Of a stretch of 64,000 bases of DNA, positions 13,360 to 24,580 are shown one piece after another. The notes under the pieces were generated by a model that saw only the letters and a list, made by a program, of their open reading frames with translations, made no database searches and was not told the DNA's origin. How positions within the stretch are numbered: position 1 is the first letter of the stretch; the number at the start of each line of letters is the position of its first letter. The position numbers and the translations under genes were made by a program. Location: positions 13,643,129 to 13,707,128 of the forward strand of contig CM082576.2 in the NCBI GenBank assembly GCA_040954595.2, written 5' to 3'. The DNA comes from Balanoglossus misakiensis (lineage: Eukaryota; Animalia; Hemichordata).

Positions 13360-16300
13360 ACCAACTTTTTTCCATCATCCTGTAAAAAGGCACATTCCAA
13401 TTGTGAAGAAATAAAAAGAAAATCCTGGCGGCTTGGTCATCAAGGTAGTCTATCAGCAGCAATTTCACACTCGCTTTCTTGCGAGGTGAAATTGATTTTG
13501 TCAAAAAATAAATCTTATCATTCATTGATTTTTTCATTCCAAAATTGTTGATTATTATATTTATACAACTCTATCACATTTTAAGAAAAAAAACTCACTG
13601 AGTTCTGAAATAAAGTGACATCTTTTTATTGTTGGAAACCTACAAGGTGATTCATTTTTACTACGGTTTGTTGTTCCATGGCACTTCAAAAGTGCCGTGT
13701 CAACCAGTGCTGTGCTATTATGTCATCACTGTCCTTTACAACATTTCTCGTAAAACTAGACTGCATCTCTTCTAAAGATTTTCACGTCAGAGTTCCTTGC
13801 CAAATTCCTGTAACTTGAACTTCACAAAGTGAAATTCGGTTCAGTTTTACCTTATGTTATAAATGGTACCATATTTTATATATGTGCAATATTGTGTAAT
13901 TCATTCAAAAAGTGCAGATTTCAACGTGTTGTTACACTGTCACCGTTGCCGTCGTAGATATTTTTATTTTTCTTGGGTTGTATATTCAGTTGTCCTTATG
14001 TTTTTCCTGCCGTTTGTGGACATATAGGAGTATATTTATCGAAAATTTTGGTTTTGCAGATTTTCAAGGCTGTCAGACAGCATCTTGCAAGCATGTGTAC
14101 TGTGCAATAATAATTCAACGTTTATAACCCCGTTCTGTGCTTCAACGGAGAGAGAGCTCGAGCGACAGTCGGGGGAAGAGTTCCTGCAAAAGTCAAAAAC
14201 CAAACATGTACCTTTTGCATAGCAATGTACATTTCACAGCATAGCTGAACACATACATTAAAACCTGTACATTTTCTAGAGTAGATTATTACTTGCCAAG
14301 CAATTCATAGTACTATAATGTCATTTGAAACATACAATGTTTCTCTTCATACTTTTCTCTGCCTTGAAATTTAATATAATCTGTCAAGTTTCTTGCCGAT
14401 TCAAAAAAAAAATGTAATCTCTAACCCGCTGAACTGTAAGTTCTTAGGGTGTTAATAGATTGATCATATAAGGTTTTTTCAGAACATTTAACAAACTTCA
14501 GGTCTACAAATAGGCAATTCATCCATTTACTTGTCTTGTCTCGTGTATTATTGGCTATTTTTCCTTACACTTTGTACCTCAGTGTTTTACTAGCGTAAAC
14601 GTTGTCTTGCCTAAGTAGTGTAATAACACAATTTTCGTTTTAACGGTGTATAGAAGGAGAGAAAAAAAACGAGTGACAAAGAAACGTGACAAAAAAAAGT
14701 TCTCATGTTGGTTGATTCCTTGTAGTAGCTTGCAGTGACGTCGCTTACTTTCTACAATTATTTCAGAATAATATCATAATAGAGGAAGTTATTGTAGTGA
14801 TAAAAAATATTTGTGGAACCGTGTTTTGGTGTGTTAATCTAATTGTAGTTCAACATGTGACGAGGGACCTCATGTTATTTGATGAGGAGGGAGTGACTAC
14901 TTTCAGTCTGTTGTTTAGGGTTTTTTTAAGTGTTCGTGTGCTGCAATAAGCTTGTGAGGCAGTGGAACTGAATGTTTCAGAAATCAATGATATGCGATAA
15001 GTAGAGGTTGTTGGCGATGAAACATTCTGGATCAAAAGGTGCCTGATGTACAAGAAACGGTGAAGGGGTCACCATCGACAGTCGAAATTATTTTGCAAAC
15101 TTCTTGTGTGCCATGCACATTCACTGCCTACCATTTGGTTGCCATAGTAACTTTTATTTTGGACGACACTACTGCCATCTTTGTACTGTGTCTTTTGTGA
15201 TAGCCGCTAGCTTTGTTCGTAGTCGTGCCATAACTTTTTCTCTCTGTGCCATAGGAAAAAACTTTCCAACATTTTCAGAATTTTTAATTGATAAAAAAAA
15301 GTACTAGTTTTTTAAAAACGAATGTACATTTCCTGTACATTTCACTTTACACTGTTCGAATTATTGAATCAGCCAAATGCCAACTTCTGGTGTATACAGA
15401 ATTTTTTCATCTATGTAATTTGAATTTAGCACTCTATTTGAGATGTTTTGAACATAAAGATATATTTTGGATCAATTTTTTGTCATCCGGACATGATTTG
15501 GCCATAACTGAAATCAAATCATCCGAAAGGGGGTGTGTTCAACACAGCCCCGACGTCTACCAAGTATGATATTGTTAAACTCTGTCATAAATATCAAAGC
15601 CCCAGGCTGATAAATGTAAAACTGCTTTCAAAGTCATAAAAAAGTACATTTGAATATTCAAATACGTGTTTGTGTGTGCTGGAAACTAAATAGTGGTATT
15701 TCTGCAGCTTAGTGACATGCATATCATTAAAAGTACAAGCTCCACTCTAATTTATGTGTATTTTGTGTCAAAAGGCATTTTTTTGGAAGAAAAAATATAT
15801 GTTATTTATTATATTTAGAAATATCTATTTGTGTTTTTTACTTTTTCCCCCATGTCGACTATTCATCTGGAAGATGAAACATTTTAAAGGTAAAGTTATT
15901 TAATGCACAATGGTTTTGTTGCTTCTTTATTCCCCCCGAGATCCGTACCTTTTGTAAATATATGTGACTGTAAGACAAACCAGCATGTTGTATGTAGTAT
16001 TGTTTGATAGAAACTCCTAGAGTTTTTTTTCCTACAAAAGTTGTTACAAATTTTATTGTCATATTTTCCATGCATCCTGAGTTGTTTTTCCTATTTATTG
16101 TCGAAAAATTATAATTGCTATTGTTATTAATATTATTATTATTATTAATGTATTCGTTGGTCAAACCATGCACTTTGAAATAAGTGTATTGTAGTATATT
16201 AGGGACCTCAAAGGTTCAAAGAAAACAAAGAGTAAGTTGCTTTGTACGTCTGCTGCTTCTGTTCCTTATCAAGGGAAGACTTGGCAATCGCCGCAACAAT

Positions 16301-16420
16301 TGTGGGATTTCTCGGTCGAACAAGTCCTCTATCCTCAACATCTAGTGATGGTGCAGTTGTTGTTAATGTATTTAGTGCAGATGTATATATATCAATAAAA
16401 TTCTTTAAACTGAAAGAAGT
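13360..16420 (+). other. Probable ~3 kb BCL11 3'UTR ending near AATAAA at 16394-16399
   Basis: AT/U-rich sequence with no obvious transposon after the stop codon. Contains TGTAHATA motifs (15953, 16383) and an AATAAA just before interspersed repeats resume at ~16500. The end point is inferred. Confidence 0.6.
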
Positions 16421-16514
16421 GTCTCCGGGCGTGTGATTCAATGAAGTCATGATTACTACAAAAGATCTTTTCTGGTAACTGTGATCAAGCTGAATGATCT
16501 CGCCGTGTTTTCTA

Positions 16515-16830
16515 TGTCTACTGCCCGAGGGATAGATTTTCAGAAAAAAATGATAGTCCACCAAACTGTTCAGTTCTTTGATATTATTAAAGTGATATTT
16601 AAGTGTGTGAGTCTTGTTAAAAACAAATCTGTAAACAGGATTTTAACGATCTTGTTTTCATAAAATTCTTTACTTTAAATTTCACCATCATGCGGACATT
16701 TGGCGGCCATTTTGAATTACAAATTTTGAGTCAATTTCGCTCCCGCATTCTAACGTTTGGCAGGTGACCCAAATTTTATTCTCAATTTTAATGAAGAGAG
16801 ACTAATGTCAAGTTGCCTTCAACAAAAGTT
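16515..16830. mobile_element. Degenerate non-autonomous DNA transposon, same family as ~45290-45608 (opposite orientation)
   Basis: GGCCATTTTGAATT and GGTGACCCAAA here are reverse complements of AATTCAAAATGGCC and TTGGGTGTCACC at 45360-45430. Confidence 0.5.
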
Positions 16831-17756
16831 TACAAAAAGACGAAGACTACAATAGTAGAAAACTGGCGTGAGTTGCCGAGAGATGAACAATCATGATGCA
16901 GGAAATCAGTTCCCATAGAAACCAAAGAAATAACAAGTGAAATCCACAAACACGACAAAAATCAAAAATACAACTTTTATCGGACCAAAATGCCAAGAAA
17001 ATTTAACGAAATAAGCTTAATCTTTTCCAGTACATCTTCCAAAATAAGTAATTTGCAACAAAAATACATGTATATAAAGATTGATAAGCTCTTGTTTTTA
17101 GAAATCTCTAAAGTTTCTTAGTGCGCAAAACCCAAAATCAATGAGCGGAATTTTTAAGTAGATACATACTTAGCAATATGATCTTTTTTCGTGTTTTCAT
17201 ATTTTTTTAACGTCTTGTTTGACTCATTATAACGACCATTCATTCAGTACCGCGGGCCAAATTAGGGCGGAATATCTGGGTCAATTGTCTCTGTATGATG
17301 TCTTGTTCATGGTCACGATCACTGCGACCGTGGATGTGTTAATTATTGTTTTTAATGGGAATCCAATAGTGCTCTCATATTGACCACAAAATGATCCCAT
17401 GGGTCGGTATTTCACGGTGGGAATTAACTAAAAATGTGAACACTAGACACTTCGAGGATTGCAAAAAATGTGACACAAAAATTATCCATTGGATGCACGG
17501 GGACCCAATGTTCCTAGCAGACTAAAAAGATGCACTGTGACACAGCACGGATTAATCTAAAATGTAGTTTCTCATCATGTCATGCCAAACCACATCCTGA
17601 ATTTAAAAAAATACCCGAATATCAAAACCGGTCAACCCCACTGTGTAAAATTTACATTTGACAGAATGTAATCAAGTTGTCTTGTACTGAAGTTGACCAG
17701 TCGATATATCACACAATTTTCACTACCATAGAAACAAATGTCATCCGGTATACGTA

Positions 17757-17786
17757 TCATCATCATCATCATCATCATCATCAAAC

Positions 17787-17856
<70 letters not shown>

Positions 17857-17939
17857 AAACAACATCAACATCGTCGTTGTCATCATCATCATCATCATCA
17901 CCATCAACATCAACATCGTCGCTGTCGTTGTCATCGTCG

Positions 17940-18008
<69 letters not shown>

Positions 18009-18009
18009 C
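17757..18009. repeat. (CAT)n microsatellite, interrupted
   Basis: Long CAT runs with CGT/CAA variants. This array is the source of the spurious poly-H/D/M/S/I ORFs. Confidence 0.98.
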
Positions 18010-20639
18010 CTTCGTCATCTTTGTTGCTGTTGTGTTTAAGGGGGAGAGGAAACAAGAGAATAGGAAATCCCTGCCACTGTTTTAGTGCAATCACTGTCTT
18101 GCCTGGCTTTACAATGTTTGTGAGTCGGATCTGGAGGATCTCCTTATTTTCAAAGCCGACAATTCCTGCAAGCATCCTTGAGTGAATGGGTATTAGACAT
18201 TCAAACAATGAAACTAGTTAGCATTATACCCATCTAACGATTACTGCGATTATCGAAGAAACTGCTTCTTCTGAATTTTAATTACTGCGTTGAGAAATCG
18301 TGACCTGGTTGTCAAGAATTTAATGACGAGTCATGAGCTTATGACATGTTTTAAGATGCACATCCCAGGGGGAGAATATCTTTTCCAGCGATTCAACAGT
18401 CAAGAATGTACACGGTCATGGTTTGAACTCAATCCGCGTTGAATGGAAACATGGTCGGTCGGAAGACGACCACGCATGATGTCATATGAGGGAAAACGGC
18501 CTAGTTGTGATTGGACATTGGAAATTACCGATTGTAAAAATTGTAGGAAAAAGGAAGTTCTTGGATATCTGACGCTCCATCCGGCGCACGCACACACGAC
18601 CGAGAACAATGCAGTGGAGACAACCCTTTTGAAACTATCGACGTATCCCTGGTTACGGGGTCCTGGAATGAACAACCACCGCTACTAGCGTGGACAGTCT
18701 CAATGGCTCGGTACAAAAGCGATGACGTCTGCCTTGTATTTATATTCAGAGCACTGGCAAGAATGAGCACTGACAAGAGGATAGTGTGTCTGTTGTATTT
18801 CACTGAAATATGGCTCTTCATTTAAATTCACTTGCCCGTACTTAAGCCCATACTACCACCGAGGCTTAGTCATTTGCTTCTCTCGGAGCAAATTAAATCG
18901 AATTTCCATAAGCTGCCAGTCGACCTTTAGAATTTACAAACAGCTCGTCGATGACTTTTTGCATTTCGTCAATAACCCCTAGAACCCATTCAGCTTGGTG
19001 GTACGGCTAACAACAGTAGTTATTACGCTCTCTCACAGCGGCCAAGGAGTGATTGGAAAAACTGGCTAGCCATCTAGCTCGCCCTTAGATTTAATATGTC
19101 GCGACAAAACGTGGCCATGGCAACGTTCAAATAAAATCAATCACCTCCCGTTTCTGGTACAATCCGTTTTTCACAGGGAACAATTTCCCGTTTGCTGATT
19201 TCAAGTGCTGAAGTGTTATTCTGAAAATGAAGTAACCCCCGCGACACGTTTTATCCATTGTGTCTACCGAGGGGAGAATTCATCATTGTCTTGTATAAGT
19301 CACTGTGAAATTATTTTGCGCGTCAAGTAGACCAACGAACCGTGGCATTTGCTGTCACTTTAGATGTCCGATAATTATCATAACACCTGCCGGCAGCTCG
19401 TTTCCTCGTTCGTGACATCATAGTTCAAAGTTTGCAGCATCTAGTGCATGAATAAGGATGCCGAGGATAATCAAAACACGCGCATGGAAAAAGAAAATCC
19501 CTCTTTTGGTAGAAAGGGGGTTTCGATTATCATGCGTCGCACTAAGATTTGGCGCAACATTTTCACGAGTTCCGAATCAGAATATATATGGCTTAGACAA
19601 AACTATCAGGAAAGAGTTCAGTAAATATCATAATAGTATCATTCACATTTTCCTTTTTTTACTCCAAACTTCCAACTCCGTTTATCATGCGCCCTTCCCT
19701 CTTATTCAATTCCACGCATGTTTCGGGCCCGGCCTCTACCTATACTACGATTCGAAGTTGTGTGAAATTGTCTGAGATTCATACGATAGACAAATGGGTT
19801 AAAGGTGTCGAACACCAAGTTCGAGACCGCCAGGGCAAAGAAATCAGTCAGGTGTAACACCATGGCAGTCACGCATACATGTGTGTCTCAACTCTGAAAG
19901 CTATGCGTGCTGTGCATGAATAAGTATGGCTACAAATGTCTGGAATTACGCAAAACCATTGATTTTCGTATACTATACTACGGGTAATATTGCGATGAAA
20001 TGTGGCTGAGTTAGTGACTTTCTTTTTTGCGCTGATGACAAGTCATTAAAGCTCCATTAGCTGTATCTTTTCGCTATGCTTTAAGCATTTTTGTTTTGTG
20101 TATATTGTTGAGTAACTGTATGCAACATGCCTATGCCAGTTTTCGAATACTTAAAGGTGCATGTGTACACCGAATCCGAAGAAGGTATTTTGTTCATTTC
20201 TATAGAAATGTCCTTGTACTGTATAGTCCATGTACTGTATACAGTATACTCACAAGAACTAAACTAATCTAGTACTAATCATGCTAATAGTTATTTTATT
20301 CTCTACGACCTTTTGGGAGATAAGTGAGCACAACTTTTACGTTCAAAAATACAATATACATGTAAAACTTCCAAAGACAACTTCCTTGACGATTTGTAAA
20401 AAAAAAACTGGCGATTAAACAATGAATAGAAAAAAATTCAAATACACCATGCAGTTAGAAAAAAATACGAAACTGTACGTGCTCATTCCGGGAGATCAAA
20501 ATTAACTTGATTTTTGATATACATGTATATTAGTGACAAAGCTCCAAGTCTTCGGTAACGCACCTGGGTAACGCATGCAGCAGCAGTTGTCGTAAAAAGG
20601 CATGTGATTACGTTTGCGACAATATTTGACATGGTTGTT

Positions 20640-20710
20640 GAAAAGTGTTTACGCATGCGTGTTTCTTCGTCCAATCATTGCAACCCAAAGCAAAATCATG
20701 GCTGCCCCCA
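20640..20710 (+). promoter_or_regulatory. Housekeeping-type promoter of TMEM160
   Basis: NRF1-like palindrome ACGCATGCGT (20651-20660), CCAAT (20671) and YY1-like AATCATGGCTGCC overlapping the ATG at 20698. Confidence 0.5.
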
Positions 20711-23700
20711 TCAGTAGAAGTGGTCTTGTTCGGAAGATCGTGCGATCATCAGTGAACCTATTTTCATGGAAAGCCTTTGAACCTCTGAACTTATCCATTC
20801 ACACACGCCAGTTTTCCAGGTGTTTGCACAATGGACAATTGTATAGCGCTTTTCCGATGACAACGAAACTGGCCGAGTCGTTTGAATGGGTGAAGTTGCG
20901 CCCTTGGCTTCTAAGTCGACAGCTGTGTACATCATGTACGTGTCGCTGGGTGCCGAAGCTCTCCTCCAGACAGACACCTGCTGTTGGTTTACACCGCCAT
21001 ACTTTGGTTCTCACGAGACAGTCTTCAAAATCATTGGGTAGCTATCGCGAAGACAAGTTGGCGAATCAAAAAGACGAAAAGGAAAATGTCCAACTTCAAG
21101 AGCAAAGGGCTCGCTGGGTGAGTGAGTTCAACTTCACGAGACCACCCCATGATGAGACTGAAACTGAAAGACTATATGAACAAGATGAATGTTTGATCAT
21201 GTGAGCTCTGCCTGTTGTTTGAGGTTGGGCGGTAAAACCGTAACAAGTTTTGCTGTCCAACCCTCAACATCAGATTTAGCTGTGGTACGCAGCTGTACCG
21301 TTGGGGTGGGGTGGGGGGTGTCCGTGGGAGTAATCAGCCCCCCCCCCCAAAAAAAACAAAACAAAAAAAAACGGTACAGCAAACATTCTGCTGTACATGT
21401 ATACAACTCAGGGATGAGCGAGTCATTGTTTCCCACTGGGTTCAATAGTGAACACCTATTGCCTGGCCATGAGGGCCATCATAGCGGCCGTTTATTACAC
21501 CCGAGGGGCTGTTACCAGAATCATATGCTATTTCCCGAGGCCGCAGGCCGAGGGAAATAGCATATGATTCTGGTAACTCACAGTCACGAGGGGGTAAAAA
21601 CGGCTGCTATGGCCCGAATATAGGCCAGGCTATAGGTGTTTTATAATAAACCTCATGCTAACAGCTGGGAAAATCTTGCAATTTTCTCTTGAGGTTGGCA
21701 GACGACATCTTCCGCGGTGGCCATTGTGTCAGACAACGCGACGCTGATTGACGTGACCGAGTCTGCGCACTCACGCTGGTCACGTGACCGGTTTATATTT
21801 TTTCTGCTATTTCCCTAGCGGTTCATAGTCGATTCTATTTTCCTATCACGTGACGGATTCTGGCAAATCACAGCACAGTATTAGCATGAGGTATATTATA
21901 AACCCAGTTAGTCTATGGACTAGTCTGGTAATCCCAGAAAATATGCTCCATCAGCACCTTGCTTTCCACAGTTCCTACAAATGAATATTTTTAACTGAAT
22001 CAGTGCAGTTTATTTTCTTGACATCTCATAAATATCAACAGACAACAAATCTGTGGATTTGATATAGCTACCTCTCTGTTTTGCTGAATTAGTGTTTTTT
22101 GGTGTGAAACAATTTTAATGAAAATTTTACTTTTGATTTCAGGTTTTAAGGACTGGACATGAAAATGGTAAGTAACAAACATACATTTGTGCTATTTGCA
22201 TGAAAAATATGAGGCACTGTCATCTATGATTAATTTTAATCAGAGAAAATTGCCCTTGACATTGTGGAGGGGGAATAACATTTTAAGAGATCTTCATGAC
22301 TTATGTAATGGATTTAGTTTGACTCGTATACAAAGGCTGTCAGCTGATAAATATCATTTATGAATTAAAAGCCCCCTTGATTTATTGATATTTGGCAATT
22401 TATGGGTTTTGGTAAGCACGAAAAATTGATTTCTGATTTACATCATGTTTTGTTGGCAACTGGAGAGTAGTGTGTAGTACAAGGTTGACAACGCACACAG
22501 TACATGTATGTGCACATGACTGACTGTATGCATGTAGACCAGGACGAGACAAGCCATGATGTTAAATTCTAGTTTGAAACTTGTGACACATAATCATCTT
22601 CAACAGTAGATTGCTGGCCATCTTTTTTTTTAAATAGTTTCTGAGACTTGTTAGTATTTAAGTGACCCTACTATGACAAAATACAGAAGTTTTAGGAAGG
22701 AATCAGAGACTTTTTCTTGCAACTGTACGCTTTCAACTTAAATCACCGCAATTCATCACCATAATACATTAAGATCACTGTGATTCGTTCTGACTCTGAC
22801 TATAGTGTGACACTGGAAAACCTGCTACAAACCAAACGCAAACACTAAAGATTCAGGAACGTTAGGATAAGCTACATGTATGACAGTAATCAATTATTCT
22901 TTCGCGTTCTTGCAGTTCCACAGTGCAGTCATTCAGTGCTGTGTGCCCATCATTCCGTTGCTTGAAAGTGTTTGTCCTGGAAGATAAGTGGGGGTTTGTC
23001 TAGGTTGACAAACATCTCGAGATTCCTCTCCAGATTGTACTGCTAATCGATTTTTCTGTGACATAAGATTGGAGTCTGACAACTGTAACAGCTCCCTCTA
23101 GTGACAGTCGTAATATAAGAGTACAGTAGTATACACATGTACCAGTTGTTATCTGTTATGACTTAATACCTGCTGGCAATCTTCAATGTTCCCCTAACCA
23201 TCCCCAAGCCCATTTGTTCAAATGTAGAGTCTATACGCCGCACTAGGAATAATGGTTCACCATCAATAACAAAATGGATTTGGCCACAGCAACTATAAGA
23301 ATTGTAAGATAAAGCAGAGATGTCCATTATAGGCAATTTCAAGATACCCTAGATTTGTTTTTGTGTCTGCTTGATAAAATAAATACCTTCTCTGACAGTT
23401 ACATGTACATATGCCAAAAGTCTGTGTAACTTTTTATCTTTGCTCCAGTATACACTCCTCTATACCATGTATAGTCAATGATTTGTATAGGTAACCGTAT
23501 AAACTACATGTGCACTGCCAAAGAAAATATTCCCATTCTGTCATACACAGTTTCCTTAATCAAGCCAACCATTCTTACATTTGCATACATGGTAGCATTG
23601 CTAGAAATGGTGTGAAAAAAGAGAACTCACTGTAGAATACCAGGTATTACCAGTATCAGTAGTAGATGTGTACGGTATATTCAGTCAGAGTTCTAGCATT

Positions 23701-24338
23701 AATTCTAATGCTGCCTCCATGTAACTGTGATGTTTGTTTTTTCTTTACAGTGTATCTGTCTTGGCAAAGAAATGCTCTGATTTCTACCATGGCTGGTGTA
23801 ACTATCTATGCACAGGATAGACTACCTTTGGGTAAAGAGGCTGCAATAGGTATGTAGGTCGTCATGACCTCCTTGTTTTTTTTCCAACTATCAAGATTTG
23901 TCAGCAATGAAAAATCATACATTAGAAATGTTCATATTCATGTACATGTACATATCTTGTGCTATATTCTGATCATGTCAAAAATCCATTAAAATATTGA
24001 GCTCTGGATTCAGTATAGCTGTCAGAAAAGCTCAGTAATAAGTAATACCAAATGAACAGTATCAACTTGCGTAAATAACAGTTTTACTATCGTTTTCAGG
24101 GTTGTTTCTGGTTGGTATTATGAGTTACAGTATTGGTGTGTTCGGTTACGTGACATCGTCCATATCCCTCCGTAAAGTGCTGAGACTGTCTGCACCAGCT
24201 TTGATTTGGCAGTGTTCCCATTCAACGTTCACTCTGCTCTTGCTTTGTTGTGCCATCGCTTTCTACACTGGGCTGGTGGAAGATGAGGTCTCGGATGTGA
24301 GTGTGACTGATACTAGCCAGGCTGTGGTGGAAGTCTAG
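20698..24338 (+). CDS. TMEM160: Transmembrane protein 160 (mitochondrial inner-membrane protein), 260 aa; exons 20698-21117, 22143-22167, 23751-23849, 24100-24338
   Basis: The spliced product ...EQRARW|VLRTGHEN|VYLSWQRNALISTMAGVTIYAQDRLPLGKEAAI|GLFLVG...LLLCCAIAFYTG matches the recalled vertebrate TMEM160 pattern DRADAWLLRKAHETAFLSWFRNGL...MGREAAYGFF...LLWACAVGLYMG. All junctions are GT-AG and in phase (783 nt). The N-terminus is Arg/Ser-rich and presequence-like. Confidence 0.88.
21447..21900. mobile_element. Interspersed repeat with long internal palindrome in TMEM160 intron 1
   Basis: Perfect 26-bp arms GTTACCAGAATCATATGCTATTTCCC / GGGAAATAGCATATGATTCTGGTAAC (21511-21577), with imperfect extension to ~21460-21640. 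Outer boundaries are approximate. Confidence 0.6.
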
Positions 24339-24387
24339 ATGATCAACCCTCGGAATAGAGATGGTATATGTACCTTGTTGTCGTGAT

Positions 24388-24413
24388 TCATCATCATCGT
24401 TGTCATCTCTGTT

Positions 24414-24477
<64 letters not shown>

Positions 24478-24546
24478 ATGAAATCATCATCATCAATGAA
24501 ATCATCATCATCATCAATATCATCATCATCATCATCATCATCAATG

Positions 24547-24580
<34 letters not shown>
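24388..24580. repeat. (CAT)n microsatellite in TMEM160 3' flank/UTR
   Basis: CAT runs interrupted three times by CAATGAAAT. Confidence 0.97.

Noticed and set aside
17632-18208. Poly-His, poly-Asp, poly-Met, poly-Ile and poly-Ser ORFs (also 24335-24603)
   Set aside because: They are translations of (CAT)n microsatellites in all frames, with no splice or domain support.
18443-19775. ORFs 18443-18688, 19458-19775 and similar (e.g. 6068-6508, 9126-9530)
   Set aside because: No recognisable domains, coding bias or consistent exon chain. Treated as chance ORFs.
20614-20697. ORF-track start at TTG 20614 for TMEM160 and read-through to 21204
   Set aside because: ATG 20698 has a good Kozak context, and the donor GTGAGT at 21118 ends the exon.
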